DNA from: Takakia lepidozioides
Taxonomy: Eukaryota; Plantae; Bryophyta
Assembly (NCBI GenBank): GCA_030704615.1
Contig: CM060732.1
Location: 60,078,001 to 60,142,000, forward strand
Direction of reading: 5' to 3'
DNA: 64,000 nucleotides
In this document: piece after piece, positions 14,950-25,965 of the stretch
Numbering within the stretch: position 1 is the first letter of the stretch
Layout of the letters: each line of letters starts with the position of its first letter
Notes under the pieces: generated by a model
The model's input: the letters and a program-made list of their open reading frames with translations, nothing else
The model's database searches: none
Told to the model about the DNA's origin: nothing
Program-made: the position numbers and the translations under genes

Positions 14950-15140
14950 TGGATTTGAATTTGCATACATGTCCATAAGGGTCTGGTCCAGAGTGATATC
15001 TGGTACAATTCGACAGTATCTGATGTCAACATGGACCTGTGTGCCATTTTCCAGGTCTGCCAGACTGGCACGTGCATTGCAAACACAAAGGAGTGTGATC
15101 TGGTCAGGCTTCACCCTTCCTGCATCATTTGATCATAGGG
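14950..15140 (-). pseudogene. PPR fragment, downstream half of the copy split by the giant transposon
   Basis: YDQMMQEG/VKPDQITLLCVCNARASLADLENGTQVH...TLMDMYAN continues the P-L-S register that stops at ~39950. Confidence 0.85.
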
Positions 15141-15151
15141 CACCAAAAACA

Positions 15152-15177
15152 CTATTTTAACTAATTCTGGACTTCTG
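15152..15177. repeat. Left (subterminal) inverted repeat of giant element
   Basis: ctattttaactaattctggacttctg vs reverse complement of 39923-39948, ctattttaattaattctagacttttg; overlaps a hairpin ttctggac...gtccagaa (15165-15189). Confidence 0.85.
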
Positions 15178-16199
15178 TTTGGTCCAGAAATAATATGAGA
15201 AATATGAATAAACAAATTATTATTGAAATAAAGCGATATATATGATTATTTTGGTTATTTTATACAATATCCTCCAAACATTTTTTGGAGACAATATAAG
15301 TATGTATTGTGGTTTTAGAAGAACATCCACTGCCAAGTTGACGTTCACGAAAAAAAATGGGAGGATGCAATAAATTACACCATGATGTGAGGTCAGATAT
15401 GTAAAACGTTTTGCAAAAACTGGTTGCCATCAAAACCAAACATAGAACAATCATGGCATGTGATGAAGAGGATGATATGAAAGAATGTGTCCGCATACAT
15501 TGATGATAAACATTCATATTTTATTAGAGATTGCAACTTTGGCGTTGCAGTCAGACATAATGTAACGTCAACTGTACATCCGTTGGACTTAATGTTATCC
15601 AGCGGCTCGAAGCCATACAACGGCTTACACTAACCCATTAATATTACAGAGCCTCCTCCCAAACGGCTCGCAGTCAAGGCATGTGTTCGAAGACGCCTCC
15701 GGTTACCACAACCACTTGCAACGGTCTCCGCACCAGATGAAACGGAAATACTTTCGGAGAACTCGAACCTAGTAGTAACATTATCATCCGAAATGTTACT
15801 TGAACTCTACTTGTTGAATCTCTTGATGCCCTTGAAGCCTGCCGGGAAGCCCGCCATTCTTGCCAATCACGAAGCTCTTCTTCTTCTTTTCGAATTCGCT
15901 CCTTGAATGTGACTGGGCAAAACAATTTTTCATATGACAAATGTCAGCTGAAATGTGGAACATTTGTAGAAAAAATGATAAAGTAAAAGTGCAAGTGGAA
16001 GACACTTTCAAGATCAAATTCTCCATAAACAACAAACAGTGGGATAAGTACATACCAAGGTAATCAGGTTCCTTTTGTTGTGGGATCCAAACACGAGGAT
16101 CAACATATCTTCCATACCAAGCCCAATAGGCATGGTCACGACCAATAGGCTTACGAGAACACTTGGCAGGGTTCTCGCTGATGTAATCTACGACTGTTG

Positions 16200-16700
16200 A
16201 AGCTGCAGCCATTTTCAATATATATGGCCACAGCTTTTGTCATATCATCCTGGTCAACCAATCCCTTTGGTGATGGCTTGTATGAAATAGGGAAGAATCC
16301 AGTATTTGGTGGGTTTCGGAGGCCCTTTGATGGCTCATCATCAACAAGGAGTATTTGTCCCTGAGTTGCAAAGGGTGTACCAGGGTACTTGGCAAGAACA
16401 GTGCGAATATCCTTAAAGATATTTCATCCCAGGCATGATGTAACCGGTAGTGTCTTTGCAATCCTCAGCTGACCAGATGAAGCAAAACTTCTTCGCAATT
16501 TTCGTAGGAACTAAGCACTCGAGCATCCTACAAAGAACATGTCTTTCAGCACATGACCAGATCGCCACGTGAAAATGCATGAACGCAAGGTTGAGAAACT
16601 CCAAGACTCCGGGCCGGGGAACCACAAAAGGTCTTTCGGGAACATGAACTGTTTGACACTCAATATTAACAGCATCCGTTTCCTCTTCCCCGATGTGGCA
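16200..16700 (-). pseudogene. FCP1/NIF (HAD, CTD-phosphatase-like) domain, copy A
   Basis: KRMLLILSV... PRPGVLEFLNLAFMHFHVAIWSCAERH... FIWSAEDC... QILLVDDEPSKGLRNPPNTGFFP across frameshifts. Confidence 0.75.
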
Positions 16701-18234
16701 AATGAAGGTTGATGGACGATACCATCCTGCGCAATTTAAGTGTTCCCGCCGTCAGAAACAACACGATGTAGTGTTTCTTAGTTTCAGAGTGACCTCTACG
16801 TTTTCGGAGACATAAGTGTCCCGACAATGGACTACTGTAAAGGACCAAGAGTAGACCATATATCGAAGAGTTCGAGATCACGAAAAGATGAACGTCGGCT
16901 GTCAAGTGGAGGTTAGTGGACGCACCTTGTCGGGAGGCGCATTCAAGAAGTTATGCGGCTCCATACTCGCTTGTATAGAAATTACGGAGTTAGTTTGGGA
17001 CAGAAAAACAAACTGCAAACGAAAGTGGAGAAATTGTTTTGAAATGTACCATTGAAGCCTTATTGGAATGTCTTGCAGAAGAAAGTGGATTCCCGCGGGC
17101 TTGGATTGACGAGGCGCCACAACATCCGAGGGAGTCCTCAAGTGTTTGGAGTCCGCTCTTTTTTTCTTGTCAGCCTTTTGTCCTTTGGAATGATTCCCTG
17201 CAGAGGAAGGAAATGGCTCGGGGGCTTTTTTCGCCTCTTTGGTGCAGAACATTGTGCAAGCAGTTCAGGGTCACGCTGTGTCGATGTTGGAGATGTTTTG
17301 CCATTGAACGACGGGAGAAGTGGCAACAACAGGCAAGCACAGAAAATTGTCCCTTTGAGCACTCGACATCCTGGATGGAATGAAAACGCAACGAAGGAAT
17401 AATTTACCTCGGAACTGCATTCCAATGCAGACGTCGTTTGACAGGAAGGTCATAATCTGCAGATTTTCTTACCTGGAGCGACAGATGAATATCAGACCCC
17501 AAACTAAGTGAAACTAGGAGAATGAGCAAGGAGCGAGAAATGAGTTTAAGTCACCTGACTCCTGCGGATTTGGGCTGTCCAACCCTCGTGCTGGGGAGAT
17601 ATGCGAGGAAGAGACGGAAGCAGGTGCAGCGGAGCCGTAGCCGAGTCCCCGACGGTTGGATAGACCAGACCCTGCGTACTGAACATGGAGGGTGAGGAAT
17701 GTTGGGAAAGGTCGATAAAGTCTCCGGGATATTTGTGTTCTTCACCTGCACCTTGGACTTTACCCCAGGAGGACCCGAGAGGAGAAGAGTGTCGCCCGCT
17801 TCCCGGGAGGACAAGGGTCTGACAGAGGATCCATCCTCAATTTGAGCACCATCGTGAACCCTCGGAAAGCCTTCAATACTCCGACTCACAGCTGATCCGG
17901 AGGGTTCCTTTAGGGGACTTGAGGAACCGATGACGTTGTCAGCATCTCCTTGAACCTGCCAAAGAGACATAATCATAAATCCGGGAATGCACGAATGCAA
18001 ACCTCCACTGAACAGTGGAGGTCACTAGATATAGTCATGTCCCCGTATGAAGGCCTGTATCAGAGTCTTGGGATTGCCCGGAATGTGCGTCAAGAATTCA
18101 ACTGAAAATGAGTCAAAATGAGAGTACCATATCTTTCACGTGTGTGATTACAAGGAAATGAAAAAGAGAAACCATGAAGATATTCAATAGCTCGAGTGAG
18201 ATGGGATTGATCAAAAATAATTTATTTTGAAGCA

Positions 18235-18970
18235 TCATATCTGAGACTCTTTAAAACCGTTGTCCTCAATAAAATCCCAGAGTGGGCTAAACTTGGGATC
18301 GTTTGAAACATTGGGAAAAAAACTCAACCCTATTTTTTTTTTCCTAAGATAGCTTGAAACAGTGGGATGTTTCCTCATTCCAAGCAAATAGGTCTGAAGA
18401 ACCTTGAGAAGATAGCAACCATCAGTCTCAACGGTCTGGAACGGTTTGAGAACAAGACATGAGTCGGGCGGGTTCAATACACACTTCATGGCGGTGTCGT
18501 CAATGAGCAGAGTGTTACTCTTGGTGTATTGCCCACCAAATCTTCCAGACCTTGACCAGTGGCTTCAAAAACAAATGAGGAGGGTCCAATCCTGATTTGA
18601 ATTGAGGGTGAACCGAAGTAGGGCATGAAATACAATCCTCTTGAGACATAACGAAGGCCGGTTGAGGTAGACCACGAAGCAAAAAATCCAGGATGGGCTG
18701 CAAGTTCTTGTACATCATAGAGCTCCAAATCCCTAACCGGTAGTGTTTGTGCAACTCTGTCCACACTTCGCGATATTTCTCCCGTCTAAAGACAAGTCGG
18801 AATCCGACAAGAGCTGGAATTCTGTAGTCCGATTCTGAAAACCGGGGACATTGTAGCTCTTCTGGTGCTTCAAAGATTTTGCACAAGACTCCATTCACGT
18901 CAAAAATAATCAAACGCAACCCTTGCGCAGGAGGAGAAACAGTGCTCCAATCTGCCAGAGAGTCATTCAT
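18235..18970 (-). pseudogene. FCP1/NIF domain, copy B (one frameshift near 18520)
   Basis: LRLIIFDVNGVLC, YRLGIWSSMMYKN, VMSQEDC, LFLKPLVKVW, SNTLLIDDTAMKCVLNPPDSC; DxN variant of the DxDxT motif. Confidence 0.85.
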
Positions 18971-19070
18971 ACTTAGGATGATAAAAGGGAACAGTACAAT
19001 GCATTGGAAAAACCGACACCAGGAAGTGAACAAGAACGTCCACTGGACAGCCGAGGTTCACCAAACTCAG

Positions 19071-19878
19071 TTAAAATATTTTATGTCCCAATGCAGCGGC
19101 ACGCAACTCGAGATTGCTAAGAATCTTCTGCCACCTATAATCAAAGTCTCTAAGAAATTTGACCGCTGGGTCGTCCTCGAAGAAATCCTTCGAAACGCCA
19201 AAAGGATGTAGGTCGTTGAACGGCATGACATCCATCCCCGATAACCGGAACATGTTAAGGTGAGGCTTGAGCTCTTCCAGTAGAAATTTATCCTGTCAGG
19301 GTCCACGCGCGCCTTATATTTGGAAGGAAGATGGTATGTCCTAAAGGGTTCAAGTAGGACTTGTACATATTGTCTACAGTGTCGATGAGGAGAGTATTGG
19401 ATTTGTAAGCCGTCGGGTCTTCCTCAGCGAAAATGTCGTAAAGACGTTTAAAGTAGATGGGATTTTTGGAGGCTTTGGGCCATTTTTCGTTGAATGTCGA
19501 TCTATGCATGACGGAATTCTCACTGCTGTAAGTTCTGACCTGGGAATAGTACTTCCCGAACACGGCCTTGGCGATAGTCTCGACGTTCATTTCAGGTCCA
19601 GTGTTCCAAAAACAAACGGCAAACTTTTTGACGGCCCACTTAACGAATTCGTCAAGACCGTTTCGCGTAGCTAACTTGAATTTCCCTGCGGAGATACAAG
19701 GCTGGGTGGCAGGAGGTGTTTTCTTTCCATCCTTTAGGAAAACCTCACAAAGGTAACCGATGTCCAGAACCAGGACGTAGTATCCTGGCCGGCATCCGTT
19801 CGGTCCCCAAGGAAGGGAATGCAGATCGTTTGGATTGACAGAAAGGGAATAGTCGACTGGAGGGTAATGCATGTTGTC
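19071..19878 (-). pseudogene. FCP1/NIF domain, copy C (divergent; probably last exon of the long cargo gene)
   Basis: VLVLDIGYLC, TRNGLDEFVKWAVKKFAVCFWNT, IYFKRLYDIF, SNTLLIDT..YKSYLNPLGHTIF; preceded by a GT-AG intron at 19965-19879. Confidence 0.7.
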
Positions 19879-19961
19879 CTGTGGAATAACAGAAGAGTTC
19901 ATTATTAATTTCAATTTGAGAAATCCCAAAGTAGACAAACGGAAGAATGGAGTTGAAATCA

Positions 19962-20539
19962 TTACCGTTTTGGAGTCGGCTGCTGAGATCCCTGGGCAGG
20001 CTGCTCCTCCTCTTTCCCATCTCTACGTCCAACGTTATCGTCCTTCTCTGTGGAGCCAGATGGCAACCTCGACTGTCCAGTGGAGGTAACTTGTATGACC
20101 GGCTCAGATAGAGCGACAGTAATTGTTCGATCCACTCTTCTCTTCACCGTCTCAGTGTCGATGGAGTCGGTCCTCGTGTGTTTGATCTCCTCAGACGTCG
20201 TCTCACGAATCTACAGGAAATTAATGAAAAATCCCACGGATGACGACTGGTGGTCCAAAATGATCTGACAAAATTACCGAATTGAGCAATACCGAAGATG
20301 AGACTGAAAGACCAATAATAAGAGTAATAAGAATAAAGCCAATGTTTTACCCGAATCGGGATCTGTTGTTGGATTACGCGATTGTGGTGCTCTGTCTCTT
20401 CTCCTTCCCCGCGAGTAGGAGGATTCTCCGACTCAATCCCTGCGTCCCTTGATGGCAACGTCGACTGGACAGTGGAGGTTACTTGCGGAACCGGCTCAGG
20501 TGACCTGGCCCTCACTGTCAGATCCACGTGTCTCTTCAC
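19962..20539 (-). repeat. Duplicated exon-like unit (~190 bp x2), each containing a palindrome copy
   Basis: KRRVDRTITVALSEPVIQVTSTGQSRLPS (19962-20147) vs KRHVDLTVRARSPEPVPQVTSTVQSTLPS (~20350-20539). Confidence 0.75.
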
Positions 20540-21764
20540 CGTTTGAGTCTCCTTTGATCTTTTCTTGTGTGTGTCATTTCCTCCGAATTGGATTCTTGGA
20601 TCTACAAGAAAAGTTATCCAAATCGGTTAGTGGCTGTCCACAAAGGTGTGCGAACGGAAATATGTATCCGGGTGAAATATGTTTTATTCGGAAGTCCAGA
20701 AAGACGGATATGGGAAAAACATTGGGATTATATATAATTACAATATTGTCATATGGAAAAAACATTCGGATTATTCCACTCACAAGTATGTATAATTACA
20801 ATATTGTCATATTGTATTCAGAAGTGTGTACGAATAAACATTCACTAATTGTCATTCGTTACCTACATCCAGAACCACTTCCTGGGTGACATTCTGGGAC
20901 ACCAGCTCACGACGATTGTTAACGGGATCCGTGACATAATCATGGCTCGTCACCTTCCACAGGTGTGAACCCTTGACCGAGGGTTTCAACTAACTCCGTC
21001 GATGTCGCTTCTTGTCCCCCTGGAGAAGCCGGATTCTTATTCGTGGTGTTATCGGAACTGGAGGAAGCTGTCCAGATTGTGTACATCTTGTGGCGCAACG
21101 CGTTCTTGGGTATTTGGAGTACTACCTAGATTATCCAACCGGGAAATTTCCTGGCCCTCTCTTTCCCTTTCCATTAGCCGCATCTGCCCCTGGTCTCCGT
21201 TGACGATTTCCATGTTCTCATCTTCGTCTTTCTCCTCCTCGTCGTCCTCTTCTTTTCTCCTCCATTTCCTCGTCCTGATCCTTGTCGTGTCCTTCGTCAT
21301 CATCTTCTTCGTCCACTTCGTCATCCTGCAGTGAGTCTCCGTCATCTCCGTCTCCTGCGATAGTCTGATTGTCAATCTGGAGGGTCCTGAAATAGGCCTC
21401 CACCTTGCTTCTACAAAATAAAAAATTCGTTACAAAGTTTATGTCGAGCACACGAATATTTCTTTCCTGCAATGAAACCAAACAATGATATCAAAATAAA
21501 TCCGACGAACACCAACCATCGAAAGATTGAAAGGGTTAGGCTTTCTTTTGAGACAATAACTACCAAACACACCAAACTCAGAATAACAAACACCCAAAAC
21601 GAATAACAATCCAATAACATGAACCTCCACTGCCCAGTGGAGGTTAACAAAATGGAAACAATCAGACACAGGTTAAACACGCTATTTCCGACAACGTCAA
21701 TAATACGAGAGTTAAATCCGGGAAAACTGAAAACACAGACAATTCCAAGATGCAGAATCCACTT

Positions 21765-24700
21765 ACAAGCAGAACGTATGTCATTGCCAGTCCTCCGAAA
21801 ATGTTCACACAAGACATTCCGTCCCTGCAAAAAAAAAAACCAGGTAATCGTAGGTGTCCGGCCTCAGCTCATGAGTGTAAGTCCTGCACTCCTTCTCCTG
21901 CGAGGTCGGGTCTACATCTGGTCCTTGGATAACGGGATTAATTGGGTCCGGCGATAACAAAACAGTTTGAATGTGGTCGTCCGGATTCACCATCTCCTCA
22001 GTTGTTGCCGGAAATACGTAGTCGAGGCAGAGGACCGTCCGGGAGAAAATAGTCGTGCAGCTCTTGTAAGGTGATTCAAACTCGCCGGGAATGTAATAAC
22101 CCTGTCGGATAATAAACGATTTTGATCCAGGGCCATTCCGATGTATGACACAAGATTTCCCGATGATTCTTGTGTCGAGAAAAACACAAAAGCACTGGAC
22201 ATGAGCTTCCGAGCCACAAAAGCATCCAGGATATTTGAGTAGTCCTTTGCCTCGAAGACAACAGAGTCATCATCACAAACTGTATTGACGAACACCATGG
22301 ATATGTCGTCGAACCGATTCTTTGGTGCAAGTCCCAACCGTGATCTGGCATCAGCAAATTTCTGGTTCCCCCCAGCTGTGTGTAATGGGACCTGAAGCTC
22401 GTGCGTAGAATCGCCAGGGCATTCTGGTTATCCTCGAAGGTCTGCTTGCACGACAAGACATACTTCTTGAAGGCAACAGTCATTGGCTGCGTCTCCATAT
22501 TCATCTTCTGTTTGCTAACAATGTAGTCGTTCCCGAGCCTATCTCGAAATGTTTCAAACTCAGCTTTGTTGAAGTTGTATTTTTTTTTAACATCACGCCA
22601 CTCTGTTTGGTATACGGTTCCGGGTTCTGTTTGCTCCTCCGAGGCCACCCTAAGACTTCCATTACATCGTCGATAATAAACCGTCGCAATTTCATTTGGT
22701 CAATATACGCGCTCATTGTGTTTTTGGATTTGTCCGCGCCCTTGAATTTCGTTCCCCGAATGCAAATGTCTCTGTTTAGGATTTTCTCCGCCACTCTTTT
22801 CAACTGCCTGCTATTAAGTCCTTGCAGTTTCGCGATAGCGGTTTTATTCAGCGGTAGCTGTTCACCCTTGCACTGAATCCCGAAAATATCAATAAGCTTC
22901 CTTGTTCCCACTGTTTGAAAACCTCTCCCACAGGTTCCATACGTCTTCGTCACAGAGAACCAGAACCATGGCCTCCTTCACGCTACTCATCTCCAGTATG
23001 AGTTGACATGCTTGCATAAATTCCTACGAAAATTATCAGGGCCAAAGTTAGACATTTCATTCGATATTTGATATTAATTTTGAGATGAAACAATAGTCAC
23101 AACTATCTTGTCAATTATACTATACACCAAGTGATGATTCGATTGTGAATTCATCTCCGTCCATCTTGTTGTGCCTTGTAATTTGAAGCTCTTTCTGTAG
23201 TGTCTCCTGCTTCGGAATGCGGTGCTCCTCCAAGTCAAATTTGTCCAATCTGTTCATGTTCTCCACCAGGAACAGTTCCAAGAGTGTACCTAGAAAATCC
23301 TTGAAAAACCCAATGAGCATGAAAAGTTTTGGAAGCGTTCTCCGCAACATCACGTTTTCATGATCATATGATGTTTCAAGTATTTTTGCGGCACATTTGC
23401 GGAACTGTTACAGGTGGAGAACATAAATAGATTGGGAAAATAAGAGCTGGACAAGCACCTCATTACCAAACAAGACACATTACAAAAAACCCCATCATGT
23501 CGAATTTCCGAATGCTGAACCATCCCGCTCGTTCATTGTAGCACCCTCCCTTATGAAGCTATTTTTGTAGTGTCTCCTGCTTCGTAATGCGGTCTCCGTT
23601 CGTCACATTAAATCCGAGCTTGAAAATATTTTGGTTCTCTAGCAAAAGGAACGGAAAACACAATGAATCATTTACCTTCCATTGTCTAGTCTCCGACTTC
23701 GTTGTGTGATCGTTGTACTTTTTCGGCCTCCCCTCAGCTCGAAGAAATTTCGGGCATGTGCAACTTTCTCGGAAATGTTGTGTCAAATTTCTGCGCCTTA
23801 TTCGGGTCGTTTAGGAGCTTAGATAGCTTCACGAGCCTCATCAGATCCTTTGACCATATAATCTTTGAGGGCCAGTCAGTGTAGTACTTCTTAAGATTGT
23901 CGTCGTCTACGTCTTGCACAAGTTCCTGCGACAGAATTGAATAAGGTCAGAAATGATATCGACCTAACAAGCATGTTGTTTAAAGTTCATGAACCTCCAC
24001 TGTCCAGTGGAGGTTCATGTTGTTACAAAAATTGGATTTTGTCGGGAAATTTACCTTGGCAGCAATGATCGTGTGTTGTCCACCGATGACGAAGAATCTG
24101 GAATTTTCCACCTCCTTCCAGTTTCGAGGTTTCGAACTAGAAACCTCCATAGGCTTCTCGGGGTTTGCGGGAATCAAATAAACTGGATGTTTGGAGTCGA
24201 ACACCCGGAGCTGGTAAAGACGCTTTGACTTCGTCTTTGTGCTTCACATTTAGGGGCCTGTACCATATCCTGGGAGCAAGCTCCATCATGGAAACTTTGA
24301 CGTCCTGGGTCGCCTCAAACCCAAAAGGAAACATGTCCTTGTAGTCTTGCTCCAGCCTCTCCAACATCTTCTCACACTTGTCTTTGTCGAATATGTCTGC
24401 AGCCTTGGGTTTCTTGGTATCTGTCATGAACGCAGGATCCATCTCCTCCTTTTGTTTCTTCTTTCCCCCTGATGTACCGGCTTCATTGTCATCACCACCG
24501 GCGTCAATGGATTTCCGTTTTCCCTTCTTTGGCTTCGCTCTTGCAGCCTCCTCCTCCCGCGTCTTTGCAATCTCCTTACCCTTTAAGTAAAGCACATCCA
24601 AGAAAATACCCCAAGCCATGCAAAAACCTTCATCTGTAAATTGAGTACCCTCGTCGCAATATGTGAACCCCGCCCGAATGGACTCTCATCATGGCCTTCC

Positions 24701-24990
24701 TTAGAATTCGTACCTCCAGTTTGAAGCCAAACGTTCTGGGAAATCTACCATCTTCCATCATGAACATTACCAAAATCGGAAATTCCACATCCATCTCCAG
24801 CTCTACGTCGACCACATCTGCATATTTGAGCTCGGCGACCTCTGCACCAATCTTGTATTGGAACCGGAACTTATGGTCCGGAGGTGTGCCAACGGGTACA
24901 ATGCCCCATTCTGTGATCTCCGGGTTCAGCTCAAAAATTGCCAGGTGATCATTCTTGAAATTCGGAGATTTTCGAGAAACAAATGAACCA
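21765..24990 (-). pseudogene. Multi-exon cargo gene: ParB/Srx-like domain + helical region + degenerate DNA methyltransferase-like fold
   Basis: WYRPLNVKHKDEVKASL...PVYLIP...FFVIGGQHTIIAAK (24300-24055) resembles the ParB DG(Q/H)HR core. HELRPDTYDYLVFFF/CRDGMSCVNIFGG (21880-21770, slip in a T11 run) resembles the beta-class MTase SAM-binding region. GT-AG introns and several frameshifts. Confidence 0.6.
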
Positions 24991-25354
24991 CAGATAGGTT
25001 TGCACATTCCAACAATACAATCCCTGGGGTAATGTTGTGTCCACAGAACAAACCACCTCGTCCTCAGACACATATCATGACAACCATACAAGATTCCCAG
25101 GACAGTAACCTCCACTGTCCAGTGGAGGTTCAACAATTCATACGCTCATAGCTGACAGATAAAAGAGTTCAATTCAGGAGGAAAAAAGATTTCACTTATA
25201 AGAAGAAATACATTTATTCAGAGAAGGCTCGTCTCGCCATTCCATACATCATGCGGTCTCAAAATTGTTCCTATAACGAATATAATTTCTACAAGAAATC
25301 GATATTCTTTTGTAAGATGAGTTTCATCTTTTCATTTTCTTGTATCTACAATAA

Positions 25355-25965
25355 CTACAGGAGGCTCTCTCGAATCATCCTCAAGGTTTCAGGGGAGTAC
25401 TCTCTAGGGTATATGTCGGAGAATCTCCAGAGATGTATTCTGGAGAATCTCCAGGGACGTACTGAGGATCTGCAGGACATATTCTGGAGAATTATTGGAG
25501 AATTTACAAGGACTGCATACTGAGGAGAGTGAGGACTGTATCCTGGAGAGGACGGAAGGACGGATCCCGGGTACTGTTCACTATCTCCTACAGAAATGTC
25601 ATTATCTGAATCAGACTGAAGATTACACTCATCACTTTCATCTTTCTCTTCCTCTGTTTCCTCCGTTGTCTCCCGTCGAATAACTCCCTCGAACATTGAT
25701 TCGTCAGTGCCCGGATTTATGAAGGTTCGCACGTCAGAGCCCACATCTGATATTTGATTCTCAGATCTCTTCTTGAAGGTTTTTGTTTTCGATACAACCA
25801 GTGATTCGTCTTGGTTTTCTGCTTCGTTGATGCTTACTGGATTCTGTCTCCTTGGCCTCTTACAGATGTCGACGACGGTCTCAGAACCATCTTTGGCCAC
25901 CGTGTGCACTCCTACGCCCGTTCTTTTTATACTGACAGAACAAAAAATCAACGCAGGAGAGGAAC
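25355..25965 (-). pseudogene. Acidic exon with Pol II CTD-like SPxY repeats
   Basis: SSPGYSPHSPQY, then after frameshifts NSPEYV, DPQYVPGDSPEYISGDSPTY; ~24-bp DNA repeats (ggagaatctccag) at 25400-25560. Confidence 0.6.

Noticed and set aside
15150-15154. CACTA at the left IR suggesting an En/Spm element
   Set aside because: The right end reads CCCTA, there is no 3-bp TSD, this boundary would not restore the PPR frame, and the transposase motifs are not TnpD/Transposase_21-like.
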